Of a DNA stretch of 64,000 nucleotides, positions 10,379 to 21,586 are shown piece after piece. The stretch is from NCBI GenBank assembly GCA_018672285.1, contig JABHGC010000237.1, positions 17,883-81,882 of the forward strand, in the 5' to 3' direction. Below the pieces are notes generated by a model. The model searched no databases, was not told where the DNA came from, and saw only the letters and a list, made by a program, of their open reading frames with translations. The position numbers and the translations under genes were made by a program. Every line of letters begins with the position of its first letter. Position 1 is the stretch's first letter. The DNA comes from Methylococcales bacterium. GTDB taxonomy: Bacteria > Pseudomonadota > Gammaproteobacteria > JABHGC01.

Positions 10379-11581
10379 TTAAGCAGGCGTGTATGAGCTT
10401 AAAACGTTGTATAAACGGGTTACTAAAATGTCAGCTTCTTCGTCTGATAACGTCAATGGGGGAAGTAAGCGAATGATGGTTTCGCTCGGGCAATTGATCA
10501 ACAGTAGGTGATCCAACGCATATTCAACAAGGTTCGGGCAAGCTTGGCTTAATTCGATACCAAGCATCATGCCTTTGTGCCTGACGCTTGAGACCAATGG
10601 TAGGTCAGCAAAGGCCGTCTCTAATTTTTGGGTGATGGACTCTCCAAGGGAAGCCGCTCTTGCAACCAATTGCTGCTCTTCAATAATCTCTAGAACGGTC
10701 AGTGCGGTTCTGGTGGAGAGGAAGTTCCCCCCAAAAGTTGAACCGTGATTGCCAGGCCCGAGTACATCGGCTGCGGGGCCATTGACTAAGCAAGCGCCAA
10801 TCGGAACGCCATTGCCTAAACCTTTGGCAAGTGACATGACATCCGGTGTTATATCCGCATGTTGAAAGGCAAACATTTTACCGGTTCTGGCAATGCCGGT
10901 TTGAATTTCATCTAGCATCATTAGCCAGCCATTTTCATCACAAATACGCCTGATGTTGGTTAAATAATCATCATCAGGAATATGTACGCCAGCTTCACCT
11001 AGAACAGGTTCTACCATAATGGCAACGACGTTCGTTGCTGTTTTTGCGATGGCTTCAATGGCTTCAATGTCGTTATAAGGGACACGTCTGAAACCGGATA
11101 CCAGCGGCTCAAAGCCTGCTTGTACCTTACGGTTACCGGTTGCTGAAAGCGTGGCGATGGTTCGCCCATGAAAGCTTTTATCCGTTACGATGACCGTTGG
11201 GTTTTTAATGCCCTTTTTGTTGCCATATAGTCGAGCGACTTTTAGGGTCGCTTCATTGGCTTCTGCACCTGAGTTGCCAAAAAACACATGCTGCATACCT
11301 GATAGCGATGTGAGTTTATCGGCGAGTGCTTGTTGGGGGCCAATTTCGTATAAATTGGAGGTGTGTAAGAGGGTTTTGGCTTGCTCGCAGATCGCATCTG
11401 CAATTTTAGGGTGTGCATGGCCAAGGCCGCAAACAGCAATGCCTGTCAGTGCGTCTAAGTATTTTTGGCCTACGGTATCCCAAAGCCATGAACCTTGGCC
11501 TTTAACAAACTCAACGGGGAGTCTGCGGTACGTTGGCATAATTGTCTGAGTCATTTTTGTACAATTTAATAAAAAAACCAA
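10379..11581 (-). CDS. argD: acetylornithine / succinyldiaminopimelate aminotransferase (class III PLP)
   Basis: 400-aa ORF with class-III aminotransferase motifs. The true start is probably the internal Met '[11 protein letters not shown]' (about 11554). Confidence 0.85.
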   Translation of the reverse strand: MVFLLNCTKMTQTIMPTYRRLPVEFVKGQGSWLWDTVGQKYLDALTGIAVCGLGHAHPKIADAICEQAKTLLHTSNLYEIGPQQALADKLTSLSGMQHVFFGNSGAEANEATLKVARLYGNKKGIKNPTVIVTDKSFHGRTIATLSATGNRKVQAGFEPLVSGFRRVPYNDIEAIEAIAKTATNVVAIMVEPVLGEAGVHIPDDDYLTNIRRICDENGWLMMLDEIQTGIARTGKMFAFQHADITPDVMSLAKGLGNGVPIGACLVNGPAADVLGPGNHGSTFGGNFLSTRTALTVLEIIEEQQLVARAASLGESITQKLETAFADLPLVSSVRHKGMMLGIELSQACPNLVEYALDHLLLINCPSETIIRLLPPLTLSDEEADILVTRLYNVLSSYTPA

Positions 11582-11724
11582 GCAACCATAGTAAGGAAGT
11601 TAAAGCGTAGACGCAATTGCTTTCCTGAGATTGATGAGGCTTGTTAACGATATTAAGGAATATAGGTGTTTTTATGACCTATTTTGGGGCGTTTGTTCGA
11701 GGATAGTGGGGTAGTTGATAAAAG

Positions 11725-11753
11725 CGCTACCCTAAAACGGGTTTAGGGTAGCG
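11725..11753 (-). terminator. 11-bp perfect inverted repeat hairpin just downstream of sodB (no U-tract)
   Basis: gctaccctaaa-acggg-tttagggtagc at 11726..11752, 10 nt past the sodB stop. It could terminate sodB or serve as an RNA-stability hairpin. Confidence 0.4.
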
Positions 11754-11761
11754 ATTGGGGT

Positions 11762-12343
11762 TTAGCCTTCAAAGTTCTTTGAAGCAAATTCCCAGTTTAC
11801 GATGTTCCAGAATGCTTCAACGTACTTAGGTCGAGCATTACGGTAATCAACATAGTATGCGTGTTCCCAAACATCACAGGTTAAAATGGGTGTTTGGCCA
11901 TCAGTCAAAGGGCAACCAGCATTGCTTGCGCTAACTAAAGCTAAGCTACCGTCTGCATTTTTCACTAACCAGCCCCAACCAGAACCAAAAGTGGTGATTG
12001 ATGTTGCAGAGAATTTTTCTTTGAACTCAGCAAAAGAGCCAAATGTGCTGTTAATAGCATCAGCTAGTGCGCCAGTTGGCTCACCGCCGCCATTTGGGCT
12101 TAGGCAGTTCCAGTAAAAAGTATGGTTCCAAATCTGTGCTGCGTTGTTGAACATGCCACCAGAAGATTTTTTGATGGTGTCTTCAAGGCTCATATCAGCA
12201 AACTCAGTATCTTTGATTAAGTTATTGAGGTTGGTGACGTATGTCTGGTGGTGCTTGTCGTGATGGAATTCTAAAGTCTCAGCAGAAATGTGAGGCTCTA
12301 AAGCATTTTTTTCGTAAGGAAGATCCGGTAGAGTATGTGCCAT
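11762..12343 (-). CDS. sodB: Fe-type superoxide dismutase
   Basis: 193 aa. '[10 protein letters not shown]' and '[13 protein letters not shown]' are Fe/Mn-SOD signatures of the FeSOD type. Confidence 0.9.
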   Translation of the reverse strand: MAHTLPDLPYEKNALEPHISAETLEFHHDKHHQTYVTNLNNLIKDTEFADMSLEDTIKKSSGGMFNNAAQIWNHTFYWNCLSPNGGGEPTGALADAINSTFGSFAEFKEKFSATSITTFGSGWGWLVKNADGSLALVSASNAGCPLTDGQTPILTCDVWEHAYYVDYRNARPKYVEAFWNIVNWEFASKNFEG

Positions 12344-12482
12344 TTTTTATGTGCTCCAGCATCGCAGTAAGATAGAAACATAACGGTTTCTATGTGAAAG
12401 GCGGTATGGTAATGGTTGTGGTTCTGTGTTTAAAACGGAATTTTTGTGCGGTAATTGTTTATTTGGCTCGGAGGGCTGAAGC

Positions 12483-14261
12483 ATGTGCGGAATATGTGGT
12501 GAATTAGGGTTGCATGGTGAGCGAGGTTCATTGCAAAGTGTTTCTGCTATGTTGCCAGCGCTGGAGCGGCGAGGCCCTGATTCTCAAGGGGTAGAACAGG
12601 TTGGGCCAGTGGCTTTTGGACACAGGCGACTCTCTGTGATTGATTTATCGGCCGACTCAAATCAACCGATGCGGGATGCCAAATCAAATGCGTTATTGGT
12701 GTTTAATGGCGCTATTTACAACTATAAGATTTTGCGGCGTGAATTACAGGAAAAAGGTCACACTTTTTCATCGCATGGGGATACCGAGGTTATCCTTAAG
12801 GCGTATGCCGAGTGGGGTGGGGATTGTGTGACGCATTTGTTGGGGATGTTTGCATTTGCGATCTGGGATGTCGAGCGTGAGTATTTGTTCGTGGCACGTG
12901 ATCGAATGGGGATTAAACCTTTTTATTATGCTTTTGTGGGTAAAACCTTTCGGTTTGCCTCAACCATTCAGTCTATTTTGGCGCCAGGCGGTGTGGATAC
13001 GGGGATTGATTCAGAGGGGCTGCACCATCAATTTACCTTGCATGCCGTCATTCCTGCGCCGACGACGTTATTAAAAGCGGTGCGTAAATTACCGCCTGCC
13101 TCGACGATGATTGTGCGCTTAAGTGGTAAAACTGACACTAAAACCTATTGGCATCTCTCTGCGTCCCGTCCTGCTGAGGCCAAAACAGAGCAAGAATGGA
13201 CTGAAGCGATTGAAGACGCATTAATGCTGGCTGTTAAGCGTCGTTTGGATATTGCTGATGTGCCTGTTGGGGTATTGCTTTCCGGAGGCTTAGATTCAAG
13301 CTTGTTGGTTGGGCTGCTCGCGAAGTCGGGTGTGACCGATTTACAAACGTTTTCAGTGGGGTTTGAAGATGCAGGAGATGAAAAAGGCAGTGAGTTTGAG
13401 TATTCAGACTTGGTGGTGGATCATTTTCAAACCAAACATCATAAATTTTTAGTGCCGAATACAGAGGTTTTGAAGCGCCTACCTGAGGCGGTTGCGAATA
13501 TGTCGGAGCCCATGTTCGGTCAGGATGCGGTGGCCTTTTATTTGCTGTCTGAGCAGGTCTCAAAGGATATAAAGGTCGTACAGAGCGGGCAGGGCGCTGA
13601 TGAGGTTTTTGCCGGATATTTTTGGTACTCACAAATGCATGCCGCAAAAGGTGATACTGTTTCTCGTTTTGCTGATCATTATTTTGATCGAACGCATGAA
13701 GAATATTTGGAGATGGTACAGGCACAATGGCAAGGTGAAGATGTTACCAGTCAATTGGTAAAGGCCAGGCTTGAAGCGCCTGATGCCGATGAATATATTG
13801 ATCAGGTTTTACGCTTTGATGTGACCACCCTGGTGGTAGATGACCCTGTGAAGCGGGTAGATAACATGACGATGGCGTGGGGGTTAGAAGCGCGAGTGCC
13901 GTTTTTGGATCATGAGTTAGTTGAGCTAGCTGCACAAATGCCACCGGAGCTTAAAATGCGAGATGATGGTAAATACATGTTGAAGAAAATTGCTCGTGGT
14001 TTAATTCCAGATGGGGTGATTGATCGGCCAAAAGGGTACTTCCCAATGCCTGCGCTCAAATATGTTCGTGGAGATTTTTTAGAGTTTATGCGGGATATTT
14101 TACTGTCGCCTGCTGCAAAGGCTCGGGGTCTATATCAAGCAAATTATGTTGAAAAATTGCTTAAAAGCCCCGATGAATACTTTACCAAGCTTAATGGCAG
14201 CAAGTTATGGCATTTAGCATTGGTTGAATATTGGCTGCAAATGAATGTTGATAATGCCTAA
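12483..14261 (+). CDS. asnB: asparagine synthetase (glutamine-hydrolysing)
   Basis: 592 aa, begins 'MCGICG' (Ntn Cys2). Synthetase domain with 'SGGLDSS' PP-loop. Confidence 0.9.
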   Translation: MCGICGELGLHGERGSLQSVSAMLPALERRGPDSQGVEQVGPVAFGHRRLSVIDLSADSNQPMRDAKSNALLVFNGAIYNYKILRRELQEKGHTFSSHGDTEVILKAYAEWGGDCVTHLLGMFAFAIWDVEREYLFVARDRMGIKPFYYAFVGKTFRFASTIQSILAPGGVDTGIDSEGLHHQFTLHAVIPAPTTLLKAVRKLPPASTMIVRLSGKTDTKTYWHLSASRPAEAKTEQEWTEAIEDALMLAVKRRLDIADVPVGVLLSGGLDSSLLVGLLAKSGVTDLQTFSVGFEDAGDEKGSEFEYSDLVVDHFQTKHHKFLVPNTEVLKRLPEAVANMSEPMFGQDAVAFYLLSEQVSKDIKVVQSGQGADEVFAGYFWYSQMHAAKGDTVSRFADHYFDRTHEEYLEMVQAQWQGEDVTSQLVKARLEAPDADEYIDQVLRFDVTTLVVDDPVKRVDNMTMAWGLEARVPFLDHELVELAAQMPPELKMRDDGKYMLKKIARGLIPDGVIDRPKGYFPMPALKYVRGDFLEFMRDILLSPAAKARGLYQANYVEKLLKSPDEYFTKLNGSKLWHLALVEYWLQMNVDNA

Positions 14262-14342
14262 ACCTTTCTATGTGGCTGCTTTTTATCCTCGACTGAAATG
14301 GTTAAACTGCGGTCAGTAAGCAATTTGATTAGGAGAAAAAAG

Positions 14343-14672
14343 ATGGATGTGTTGGATAGAATTCGTGAGCAAGTAGAAGGTAACCCTGTCATCATTTATA
14401 TGAAGGGTACCCCTAAAATGCCTCAGTGTGGTTTTTCAAGTCGTGCAGCTCAAGCATTGCAGGAGTGTGGTGAAGAATTTGCTTATGTGAATATTCTCGC
14501 AGATCCAGAAATATTTGAGAATTTACCTCGCTATGCGAATTGGCCTACCTTTCCACAACTCTATATTGACAGTGAGTTAATTGGTGGTTGTGATATTACC
14601 CTTGAGCATTTTCAAAATGGTGAGTTAAAAACGATGGTCACTGAAGCCATTGCTAAAGCAACACCAAACTAA
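14343..14672 (+). CDS. grxD: monothiol glutaredoxin (Grx4 family)
   Basis: 'CGFS' active site. The start is set at the internal ATG at 14343 (MDVLDRIREQVEG...), preceded by AGGAGA; the ORF track starts 45 nt earlier at a weaker start. Confidence 0.9.
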   Translation: MDVLDRIREQVEGNPVIIYMKGTPKMPQCGFSSRAAQALQECGEEFAYVNILADPEIFENLPRYANWPTFPQLYIDSELIGGCDITLEHFQNGELKTMVTEAIAKATPN

Positions 14673-14710
14673 TCGGCGTTATTGAAAGTTCATTTCAATG
14701 CGTTTTTAAA

Positions 14711-14752
14711 AAAGCGGTATAAGGCGACTTTTTGCCTGTACCGCTTTTTTTA
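14711..14752 (+). terminator. rho-independent terminator after grxD
   Basis: Stem aaaagcggta/taccgctttt (14711-14720 / 14739-14748) with internal ggc/gcc pairing, followed by the T7 run at 14745-14751. Confidence 0.6.
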
Positions 14753-14980
14753 TGGGCGATATCTAGGGTAAATAGGCTTTGCTACCTCAGCGGCATTCAT
14801 TCATTTTTAGGTGCTAACAATAATGATTTTGGTCAACTTAGCAGCTGAATTAACGTGATACAGTCTTAGTTAATCCTAGTGTTGCTGTAGGAAATACCTC
14901 TAAGTTCTTTACCGCATAGTGTGTTCAGCGCTATCGGGAAGAGATGTTTTGTTCTATGACTGAAAAGAGAGGTTCAATTT

Positions 14981-15376
14981 ATGGATAAATTGTCTAACGC
15001 TGTGATTGTACTGGTTGTATTCATGGGGTCTATGTTGGCCATGCAAAATGCGAGTGCTGCCGCTTGTAGTGGTGGTGGTTGGACACCTACTTTTGTGCAT
15101 GATCTTGATAACCCTGATGGGCCGTGGTTTGTATTGGCAGGTGGTGGGTTTGAGCGAGTCATTCTTTCTCGCGCTGGTAGTTATACGCCGCATGCTTGCG
15201 ACCAAATTAGAGCGTATGGCGTTCGTAATAGAAGAGGTTTTACTAACTGTCAGGCATACACGCGTGTTCAATGTGGATGTCGTCGTGGCCTCAGTGAAAG
15301 TAAACCTGCTTGTGCACGCTTTTTACGAACACATACTTCAAGGCAAGCACCTAGAGCGAATACGCCAGGGTATTAA
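14981..15376 (+). CDS. small secreted cysteine-rich basic protein (hypothetical)
   Basis: 131 aa. Good RBS (agagagg, 7 nt upstream). Signal peptide 'MDKLSNAVIVLVVFMGSMLAMQNASA', mature part with 6 Cys and an Arg-rich C-terminus. The overlapping 215-aa ORF (15006..15653) is antisense to rnt and considered spurious. Confidence 0.45.
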   Translation: MDKLSNAVIVLVVFMGSMLAMQNASAAACSGGGWTPTFVHDLDNPDGPWFVLAGGGFERVILSRAGSYTPHACDQIRAYGVRNRRGFTNCQAYTRVQCGCRRGLSESKPACARFLRTHTSRQAPRANTPGY

Positions 15377-15432
15377 TGTTAAGCGTTTTGATTGGCCCGA
15401 ATGGAGGTTTGCTCTATTCGGGTTTGATCTTG

Positions 15433-16089
15433 TTATGAGCCGAGATCATGTTCCTCTAACGTCATGTCTATCCCAGACATTTCGCGCCATTTGTTCACAA
15501 TGCGGCAATAAATTTCAGCGGTTTGTTCTGTGTCGTAAGCGGCGGAATGGGCTTTGTCGTTATCCCAAGGAATACCTGCCACTTGTGCTGCCCTTGCAAG
15601 CACTGTTTGGCCATAAGCTAAACCGCATAATGTTGCCGTATCGAAGCTGCTAAAAGGGTGGAAAGGGTTACGTTTGATGCCTGCGCGAGTGCAAGCGGCA
15701 TTCATAAACCCTAAATCAAATGACGCGTTATGGCCGACCAAGACGGCGCGTTTGCACCCTGTGGCTTTAAGCGCTGAGCGAATGGGCTTGAAAATATAAC
15801 CCAAAGCATCATTTTCTTTTTTGGCCATACGAAATGGGTTGTAAGGGTCAATGCCTGTGAATTCTAATGCAGCAGGATCCATATTCGCACCGGGGAAAGG
15901 TTCTACATGGCAATGAGTGGTTTCCATCGGGAAGACAAAACCATCGTCGTCCATGCCAATAACAACGGCTGCAACTTCGAGTAGTGCATCTTTTTTAGGG
16001 TTAAAACCACCGGTTTCTACGTCAATGACAACGGGTAGGAAGCCGCGGAATCGTTTTGCAATTTTGGGGTTGTGATCTTTATTTGTCAT
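15433..16089 (-). CDS. rnt: ribonuclease T (DEDDh 3'-5' exoribonuclease)
   Basis: 218 aa, exo motif I '[12 protein letters not shown]', HxAxFD motif '[11 protein letters not shown]'. Confidence 0.9.
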   Translation of the reverse strand: MTNKDHNPKIAKRFRGFLPVVIDVETGGFNPKKDALLEVAAVVIGMDDDGFVFPMETTHCHVEPFPGANMDPAALEFTGIDPYNPFRMAKKENDALGYIFKPIRSALKATGCKRAVLVGHNASFDLGFMNAACTRAGIKRNPFHPFSSFDTATLCGLAYGQTVLARAAQVAGIPWDNDKAHSAAYDTEQTAEIYCRIVNKWREMSGIDMTLEEHDLGS

Positions 16090-16131
16090 AACAGCTCAGT
16101 ATAGTCAGAACAGATGGATTGTCTCATTTAT

Positions 16132-17172
16132 TTATGCGTGTTGGGTAACTTGCCAGCTCAGGGTTTTGCCGGCAAAAAATGGAATTAAGCGTTCGTTACC
16201 AACGTTGATGTATTCAGGTGCCACCCAATCTTGTTTGGATAATGTAATGGTCTTTTTGTTGCGAGGCAATTCATAAAAATCCGCGCCAAAATGGCTAGCA
16301 AAACCTTCTAATTTATTCAGCGCATTAGCCGCTTCAAAAGCTTGTGCATAAAGGGGCATAGCATTAATGGCGGTGTAGCAGCCCGCGCAGCCACAAGCGC
16401 TTTCTTTGTTGTTCTGGGTGTGTGGTGCACTGTCTGTGCCTAAGAAAAATTTAGCACTACCACTGGTGGCAACTTTAATGAGTTCTGCTTGGTGACTTTG
16501 CCTTTTTAAAATGGGTAGGCAGTAGTAATGTGGTCTGATGCCTCCGGCTAGCATGTCGTTGCGATTTAACAGCAAGTGGTGTGCTGTAATGGTGGCGGCC
16601 ACGTTGCTTGGCTGAGATAGTACAAATTGGGCGGCGTCTGAGGTGGTGATGTGTTCAAGCACGATACGTAGAGAAGAGAATTTTTGCGTGATCGGAATAA
16701 GGTATTGGTCAATAAAGCCTTTTTCACGGTCGAAAATATCCATCTCTGGTGTGGTGACTTCACCGTGTATAAGCAGTGGTAAATTGTGCTCTGTCATGGC
16801 CTCTAGTAGCGGGTAAATGGCATCTAATTTTGCAATGCCTTGGCTTGAATTTGTGGTCGCGCCAGCAGGATAGAGTTTTGCGGCATAAATATTAGGGTCT
16901 TTGGCTGCTTTTGCGATTTCATCAGGGGTGGTGGTGTCGGTGAGATACAGTGTCATCAGTGGGTCGAAATCAGCATATTGGCAAGCAGAGAGGATGGCTT
17001 GTCGGTAGTGGTTGGCTTGGTCTACCGTCGTGATTGCTGGCGTTAAGTTGGGCATGATGACGGCTCGGCCAAAAACCTTAGCGGTATCGTTGATCACATG
17101 GTTCAGCATATCGCCCGTTCTGACGTGCAGGTGCCAGTCATCTGGTTGGGTTAGGGTGATACTTGTTGCCAT
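16132..17172 (-). CDS. pyrC: dihydroorotase (class II, E. coli type)
   Basis: 346 aa with 'DDWHLHVR' metal-binding motif; same strand and immediately upstream of rnt. Confidence 0.9.
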   Translation of the reverse strand: MATSITLTQPDDWHLHVRTGDMLNHVINDTAKVFGRAVIMPNLTPAITTVDQANHYRQAILSACQYADFDPLMTLYLTDTTTPDEIAKAAKDPNIYAAKLYPAGATTNSSQGIAKLDAIYPLLEAMTEHNLPLLIHGEVTTPEMDIFDREKGFIDQYLIPITQKFSSLRIVLEHITTSDAAQFVLSQPSNVAATITAHHLLLNRNDMLAGGIRPHYYCLPILKRQSHQAELIKVATSGSAKFFLGTDSAPHTQNNKESACGCAGCYTAINAMPLYAQAFEAANALNKLEGFASHFGADFYELPRNKKTITLSKQDWVAPEYINVGNERLIPFFAGKTLSWQVTQHA

Positions 17173-17642
17173 GATAGAAACCTAATATTAGAAAGTGTTC
17201 GTACTGTAACTGAAATTAGAAAAGACCTCTACTTTGCGATGGCTGACATTGTCGCTTTTATGTCAAAAAATGACTGCGACAGGTTGTTATCTCGGTGAGG
17301 TAAGGGGGTTGTTTGGTTGCTAAATTGGCCTTTATTCAATAAGTGTCAATGTAATGTAAGGATTTTAGATTAAGTTATAAGGTGCTTTTAGAGTGAGATG
17401 ATAGGGTTTTTTCTACAGGAAACTAAATGCAGCCTCTTTTAGTTCCAGTGGGTTATAGATGATTTTCGTGGGGGTTTTGAGTACACTGAGCGGCATTATA
17501 AAAAATTGGCTATAGTTTGTGCTGTAGTTTATTGATGATGGTCATCAAGATTCGTATTTGATAATATTTAACTTTACTGTATTTGCGCTCTAGGTATCGC
17601 CACGTTTTGCTGTGTGTCGAACCGGATATAACGAGGTAGTTT

Positions 17643-20273
17643 ATGACCGATTTACCAGATTTAGATCCCCAAGAAACCGAAGAATGGTTAGCCGCTTTAG
17701 AATCCGTATTGGAATCTGATGGTGCTGATCGTGCACACTATTTATTGGAGAAACTAATCGATCAAGCTCGTCGCTCAGGCGTTAATCTGCCTTACAGTGC
17801 AGATACGGCTTACGTCAATACCATCCCTGTGGCAAGCCAAGGTCAAAAGGACGGGGACTTGAGTTTGGAGCGGCGCATTCGCTCACTCGTTCGCTGGAAT
17901 GCGATGGCGATGGTGATAAAAGCGAATCGTAGCAACCCTGATTTAGGTGGTCACATTTCCAGCTTTGCATCAGCAGCCACTTTATATGATGTGGCGTTTA
18001 ACCACTTCTTTAAAGGGAGTGATCTTGTTTTCTTTCAAGGGCATTCAGCTCCTGGTGTTTATGCGCGTGCTTATTTGGAAGGCCGCATAACGGAACAGCA
18101 GTTGAATAACTTTAGGCAAGAGGCTGACGGTAAAGGTTTGTCCTCTTACCCACACCCTTGGTTAATGAAAGATTTTTGGCAGTTCCCAACCGTATCGATG
18201 GGGTTAGGGCCGCTAATGGCGATTTACCAAGCGCGCTATATGAAGTACATCCACAACCGTAAGCTTGCTGATACCGATGGCCGCACCGTTTGGGCATATT
18301 TAGGTGACGGTGAGATGGATGAGCCAGAATCTATTGGTGGTTTGTCCATGGCTGGCCGTGAAAAGCTAGACAACTTAGTGTTTGTGGTTAACTGTAACTT
18401 ACAACGCTTAGATGGCCCTGTTCGCGGTAATGGTAAAATTATTCAAGAATTAGAGTCGTTGTATCGTGGTGCAGGCTGGAACGTGATAAAAGTCATCTGG
18501 GGGTCTTATTGGGATCAACTGTTGGCGAAAGACACAACCGGCTTGTTGCTAAAACGCATGGAAGAAGTGAAAGACGGTGACTTCCAGAACTATAAAGCCA
18601 AAGACGGCGCTTATGTTCGGGAGCATTTCTTTGGTGCTTACCCAGAATTAAAAGCCTTAGTTGCGGATATGAGCGACGATGATATCTGGCGTTTAAATCG
18701 TGGTGGACATGATCCTCACAAATTGTTTGCAGCGTATAAGCAAGCGGCAGAGCATAAAGGTCAACCAACCGTTATTCTGGCTAAAACGGTTAAAGGTTAC
18801 GGCATGGGCGAAGCGGGTGAAGGCCAAAACATTACGCATTCTCAAAAGAAAATGGGAGAAGAGGCGTTACTGGCTTTCCGAGATCGATTTAACATCCCAT
18901 TGTCTGATGAAGAAATTAAAGATGCGCCATTCTTCAAGCCTGCAGATGACAGTGACGAAATTAAGTACTTAAAAGCGCGCCGGGAAGAGCTTGGCGGGTA
19001 TTTGCCAAAACGTCCAACCGATTTCACCGCGCTTGAAACACCCGATATCAGTATCTTTAAAGCGCAAATCAAAGGAACGGGTGAGCGAACTATTTCAACC
19101 ACCATGGCCTTTGTGCGAATATTAACGGCATTAACCCGTGATAAGAAAATCGGCAAAAACATTGTGCCAATTGTCCCTGACGAAGCGCGTACTTTTGGTA
19201 TGGAAGGCATGTTCCAACAGTTGGCGATTTATTCTTCTGTCGGCCAGCTTTACACCCCACAAGACTCCGACCAGCTGATGTCTTATCGAGAAGAAAAAGA
19301 TGGTCAAATTCTGCAAGAAGGGATCAATGAAGCGGGTGCGTTTTCCTCGTGGATTGCGGCAGCAACCTCTTATGCCAACCATGACTTACCGATGGTGCCT
19401 TTCTATATTTATTATTCCATGTTTGGTTTCCAGCGCATTGGCGATTTGGCATGGGCTGCAGGTGATATGCAGGCAAGAGGCTTCTTGCTTGGCGGTACTG
19501 CCGGTAGAACCACGCTCAATGGTGAAGGTTTACAGCACCAAGATGGCCATAGCCATTTAATGTCTAGCACCATTCCTAACTGTGTTTCATACGACCCGAC
19601 TTTCTCTTATGAGTTAGCGGTGATTATTCATGACGGTTTACGCCGTATGTATCAGGAAAAAGAAAGTATTTTCTACTACATCACCGTGATGAACGAAAAT
19701 TACCAACACCCCGATATGCCTAAAGGTGCTGAAGAAGGCATCTTAAAAGGGATTTATCAATTCTCTAAAGCAAAGAATCCAAAAGTCCAATTGTTGGGTT
19801 CGGGCACGATTTTAAGAGAAGTGATTGCCGCGGGTGAATTACTAGAAAAAGACTACAAAATCAACGCGAACGTTTGGAGTGTAACCAGTTTTAATGAGTT
19901 ACGCCGTGAAGCCATCGATTTACAAAGAACGGATCGGCTGAACCCTAAAGCGAAGCCTAAAACGTCTTATGTTGCTAAATGCTTAAACAACCAAGAAGGG
20001 CCTGTGGTTGTCGCGACAGATTATATGCGTTTATATGCAGATCAAATACGTGAGTTTGTGGATAAGCCATTTTATGCCTTAGGGACAGATGGTTTTGGTC
20101 GAAGTGATTCCCGTGATGCCCTGCGAGATTTCTTTGAGGTGAATCGATACTACGTTGTGATCACCGCGTTGAAAGCGTTAGCAGATGCAGGTGATATTCC
20201 TGCGTCGAAAGTGGCCGATGCGATTAAAAAATATGGCATTGATGTAAACAAAGCGAATCCCGCTACCGTTTAA
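17643..20273 (+). CDS. aceE: pyruvate dehydrogenase E1 component (homodimeric type)
   Basis: 876 aa, the size of E. coli AceE. ThDP-binding region 'GDGEMDEPES' and conserved C-terminal transketolase-like domains. Confidence 0.95.
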   Translation: MTDLPDLDPQETEEWLAALESVLESDGADRAHYLLEKLIDQARRSGVNLPYSADTAYVNTIPVASQGQKDGDLSLERRIRSLVRWNAMAMVIKANRSNPDLGGHISSFASAATLYDVAFNHFFKGSDLVFFQGHSAPGVYARAYLEGRITEQQLNNFRQEADGKGLSSYPHPWLMKDFWQFPTVSMGLGPLMAIYQARYMKYIHNRKLADTDGRTVWAYLGDGEMDEPESIGGLSMAGREKLDNLVFVVNCNLQRLDGPVRGNGKIIQELESLYRGAGWNVIKVIWGSYWDQLLAKDTTGLLLKRMEEVKDGDFQNYKAKDGAYVREHFFGAYPELKALVADMSDDDIWRLNRGGHDPHKLFAAYKQAAEHKGQPTVILAKTVKGYGMGEAGEGQNITHSQKKMGEEALLAFRDRFNIPLSDEEIKDAPFFKPADDSDEIKYLKARREELGGYLPKRPTDFTALETPDISIFKAQIKGTGERTISTTMAFVRILTALTRDKKIGKNIVPIVPDEARTFGMEGMFQQLAIYSSVGQLYTPQDSDQLMSYREEKDGQILQEGINEAGAFSSWIAAATSYANHDLPMVPFYIYYSMFGFQRIGDLAWAAGDMQARGFLLGGTAGRTTLNGEGLQHQDGHSHLMSSTIPNCVSYDPTFSYELAVIIHDGLRRMYQEKESIFYYITVMNENYQHPDMPKGAEEGILKGIYQFSKAKNPKVQLLGSGTILREVIAAGELLEKDYKINANVWSVTSFNELRREAIDLQRTDRLNPKAKPKTSYVAKCLNNQEGPVVVATDYMRLYADQIREFVDKPFYALGTDGFGRSDSRDALRDFFEVNRYYVVITALKALADAGDIPASKVADAIKKYGIDVNKANPATV

Positions 20274-20296
20274 AGCAATCAGAATTAGGAGCTATT

Positions 20297-21586
20297 GTGG
20301 CAGAAGTTAAACAAGTCGTTGTCCCTGATATTGGTGGCGTTGATGACGTTGAAATTATCGAAATATTGGTTGCTGTAGGCGATACCGTTGCAGTTGATGA
20401 CCCATTGATTACCCTGGAAAGTGATAAAGCTTCCATGGACATTCCATCGCCTTTTGCAGGTACTGTAAAAGAGTTGTTATGTGCCTTAGAGGATAAAATC
20501 AGCGAAGGTGGTGCCATCTTAATGATGGAGGCAGAAGAGGCAGCGGCAGTATCAGCTGCACCTGCAGAAAAGCCTGAACCTGTTGCCGCTGTAGAGGCGC
20601 CAAAGCCTGCACCTGTTGAAGCACCTGCCGCACCTAAAGTGGCACCTGCAAAACACATTGCAAATGATGTGAATGTGACACCCAGTGGTGAAGCTCATGC
20701 GTCGCCTACTATTCGCCGGTTTGCCCGTGAGCTTGGTGTTGACTTAGGCAAAGTCACCGGTTCTGGTCGTAAAAAACGTATTTTAAAAGAAGATGTTCAG
20801 TCGTATGTTAAAAAAGCACTGGCATCCGGTGGTAGTGCAAGTGGTGGGGCTGGTTTGCCTAAGCCACCAGTGGTTGATTTCAGTAAGTTTGGCGAAACTG
20901 AATTACTACCGCTTTCTCGTATCAAAAAAATATCTGGCGCGCATTTACATAGCTGCTGGTTGAATGTGCCACATGTAACGCAATTCGACGAAGCCGATAT
21001 CACAGATCTTGAAATCTTCCGTAAAGAAATGAAAGGTGCCGCTGAAAAACAAGGCGTTAAATTAACCTTCTTACCCTTCTTGATGAAAGCGTTGGCGCAT
21101 GTGTTACTGCAATTCCCAAATTTCAATGCCTCGTTAGATGAGACGGGTGAAAACCTCATTCTGAAAAAATATTGCAACATTGGTATTGCTGTTGATACAC
21201 CCGATGGTTTGATGGTGCCAGTGGTTAGAGATGTGGATAAAAAAGGGGTATTGGAACTTGCGGCTGACTTGATGGCGCTGAGTCAAAAAGCGCGCGACAA
21301 AAAGCTATCACCCGCTGATTTGCAAGGTGGCTGTATGTCTATCTCAAGCTTAGGTGGCATTGGTGGTACCGCATTTACACCGATTGTGAATATGCCTGAA
21401 GTGGCCATACTCGGTGTGTCTCGAAGCTCAATGAAGCCTGTTTATGATGGTAAAGAATTTCAGCCTCGCTTGATGCTGCCATTATCCTTGTCTTACGACC
21501 ATCGAGTGATTGATGGTGCGTTAGGGGCAAGGTTTACCGTGGCATTGAGTTCTGTGTTAGCGGATATGCGGAAGGCTTTGCTGTAA
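20297..21586 (+). CDS. aceF: dihydrolipoamide acetyltransferase E2 with a single lipoyl domain
   Basis: 429 aa. One lipoyl domain ('LESDKASMDIPSP'), an Ala/Pro linker, a peripheral subunit-binding domain, and catalytic domain 'DHRVIDGA'. Confidence 0.9.
   Translation: MAEVKQVVVPDIGGVDDVEIIEILVAVGDTVAVDDPLITLESDKASMDIPSPFAGTVKELLCALEDKISEGGAILMMEAEEAAAVSAAPAEKPEPVAAVEAPKPAPVEAPAAPKVAPAKHIANDVNVTPSGEAHASPTIRRFARELGVDLGKVTGSGRKKRILKEDVQSYVKKALASGGSASGGAGLPKPPVVDFSKFGETELLPLSRIKKISGAHLHSCWLNVPHVTQFDEADITDLEIFRKEMKGAAEKQGVKLTFLPFLMKALAHVLLQFPNFNASLDETGENLILKKYCNIGIAVDTPDGLMVPVVRDVDKKGVLELAADLMALSQKARDKKLSPADLQGGCMSISSLGGIGGTAFTPIVNMPEVAILGVSRSSMKPVYDGKEFQPRLMLPLSLSYDHRVIDGALGARFTVALSSVLADMRKALL

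Noticed and set aside
13234-13944. Minus-strand ORFs (163 aa and 66 aa) inside asnB
   Set aside because: Antisense to a highly conserved asparagine synthetase; Pro/His/Gln-rich low-complexity translation.
15006-15653. 215-aa plus-strand ORF overlapping the small Cys-rich gene and running antisense through rnt
   Set aside because: It is antisense to a well-supported DEDDh RNase T gene and has no recognisable motifs. The in-frame alternative (14981..15376) has a signal peptide and strong RBS.
17173-17642. 470-bp region upstream of aceE examined for a regulator gene (pdhR-like) or RNA gene
   Set aside because: No ORF of useful length and no tRNA-like or obvious structured-RNA features. Interpreted as promoter and long 5'-UTR of the PDH operon.
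20263-21180. Minus-strand ORFs (131 aa, 127 aa) within aceF, and 21839..22216 within the lpd lipoyl domain
   Set aside because: Antisense to conserved PDH complex genes; Ala/Gly/Ser-rich low-complexity translations from the linker regions.
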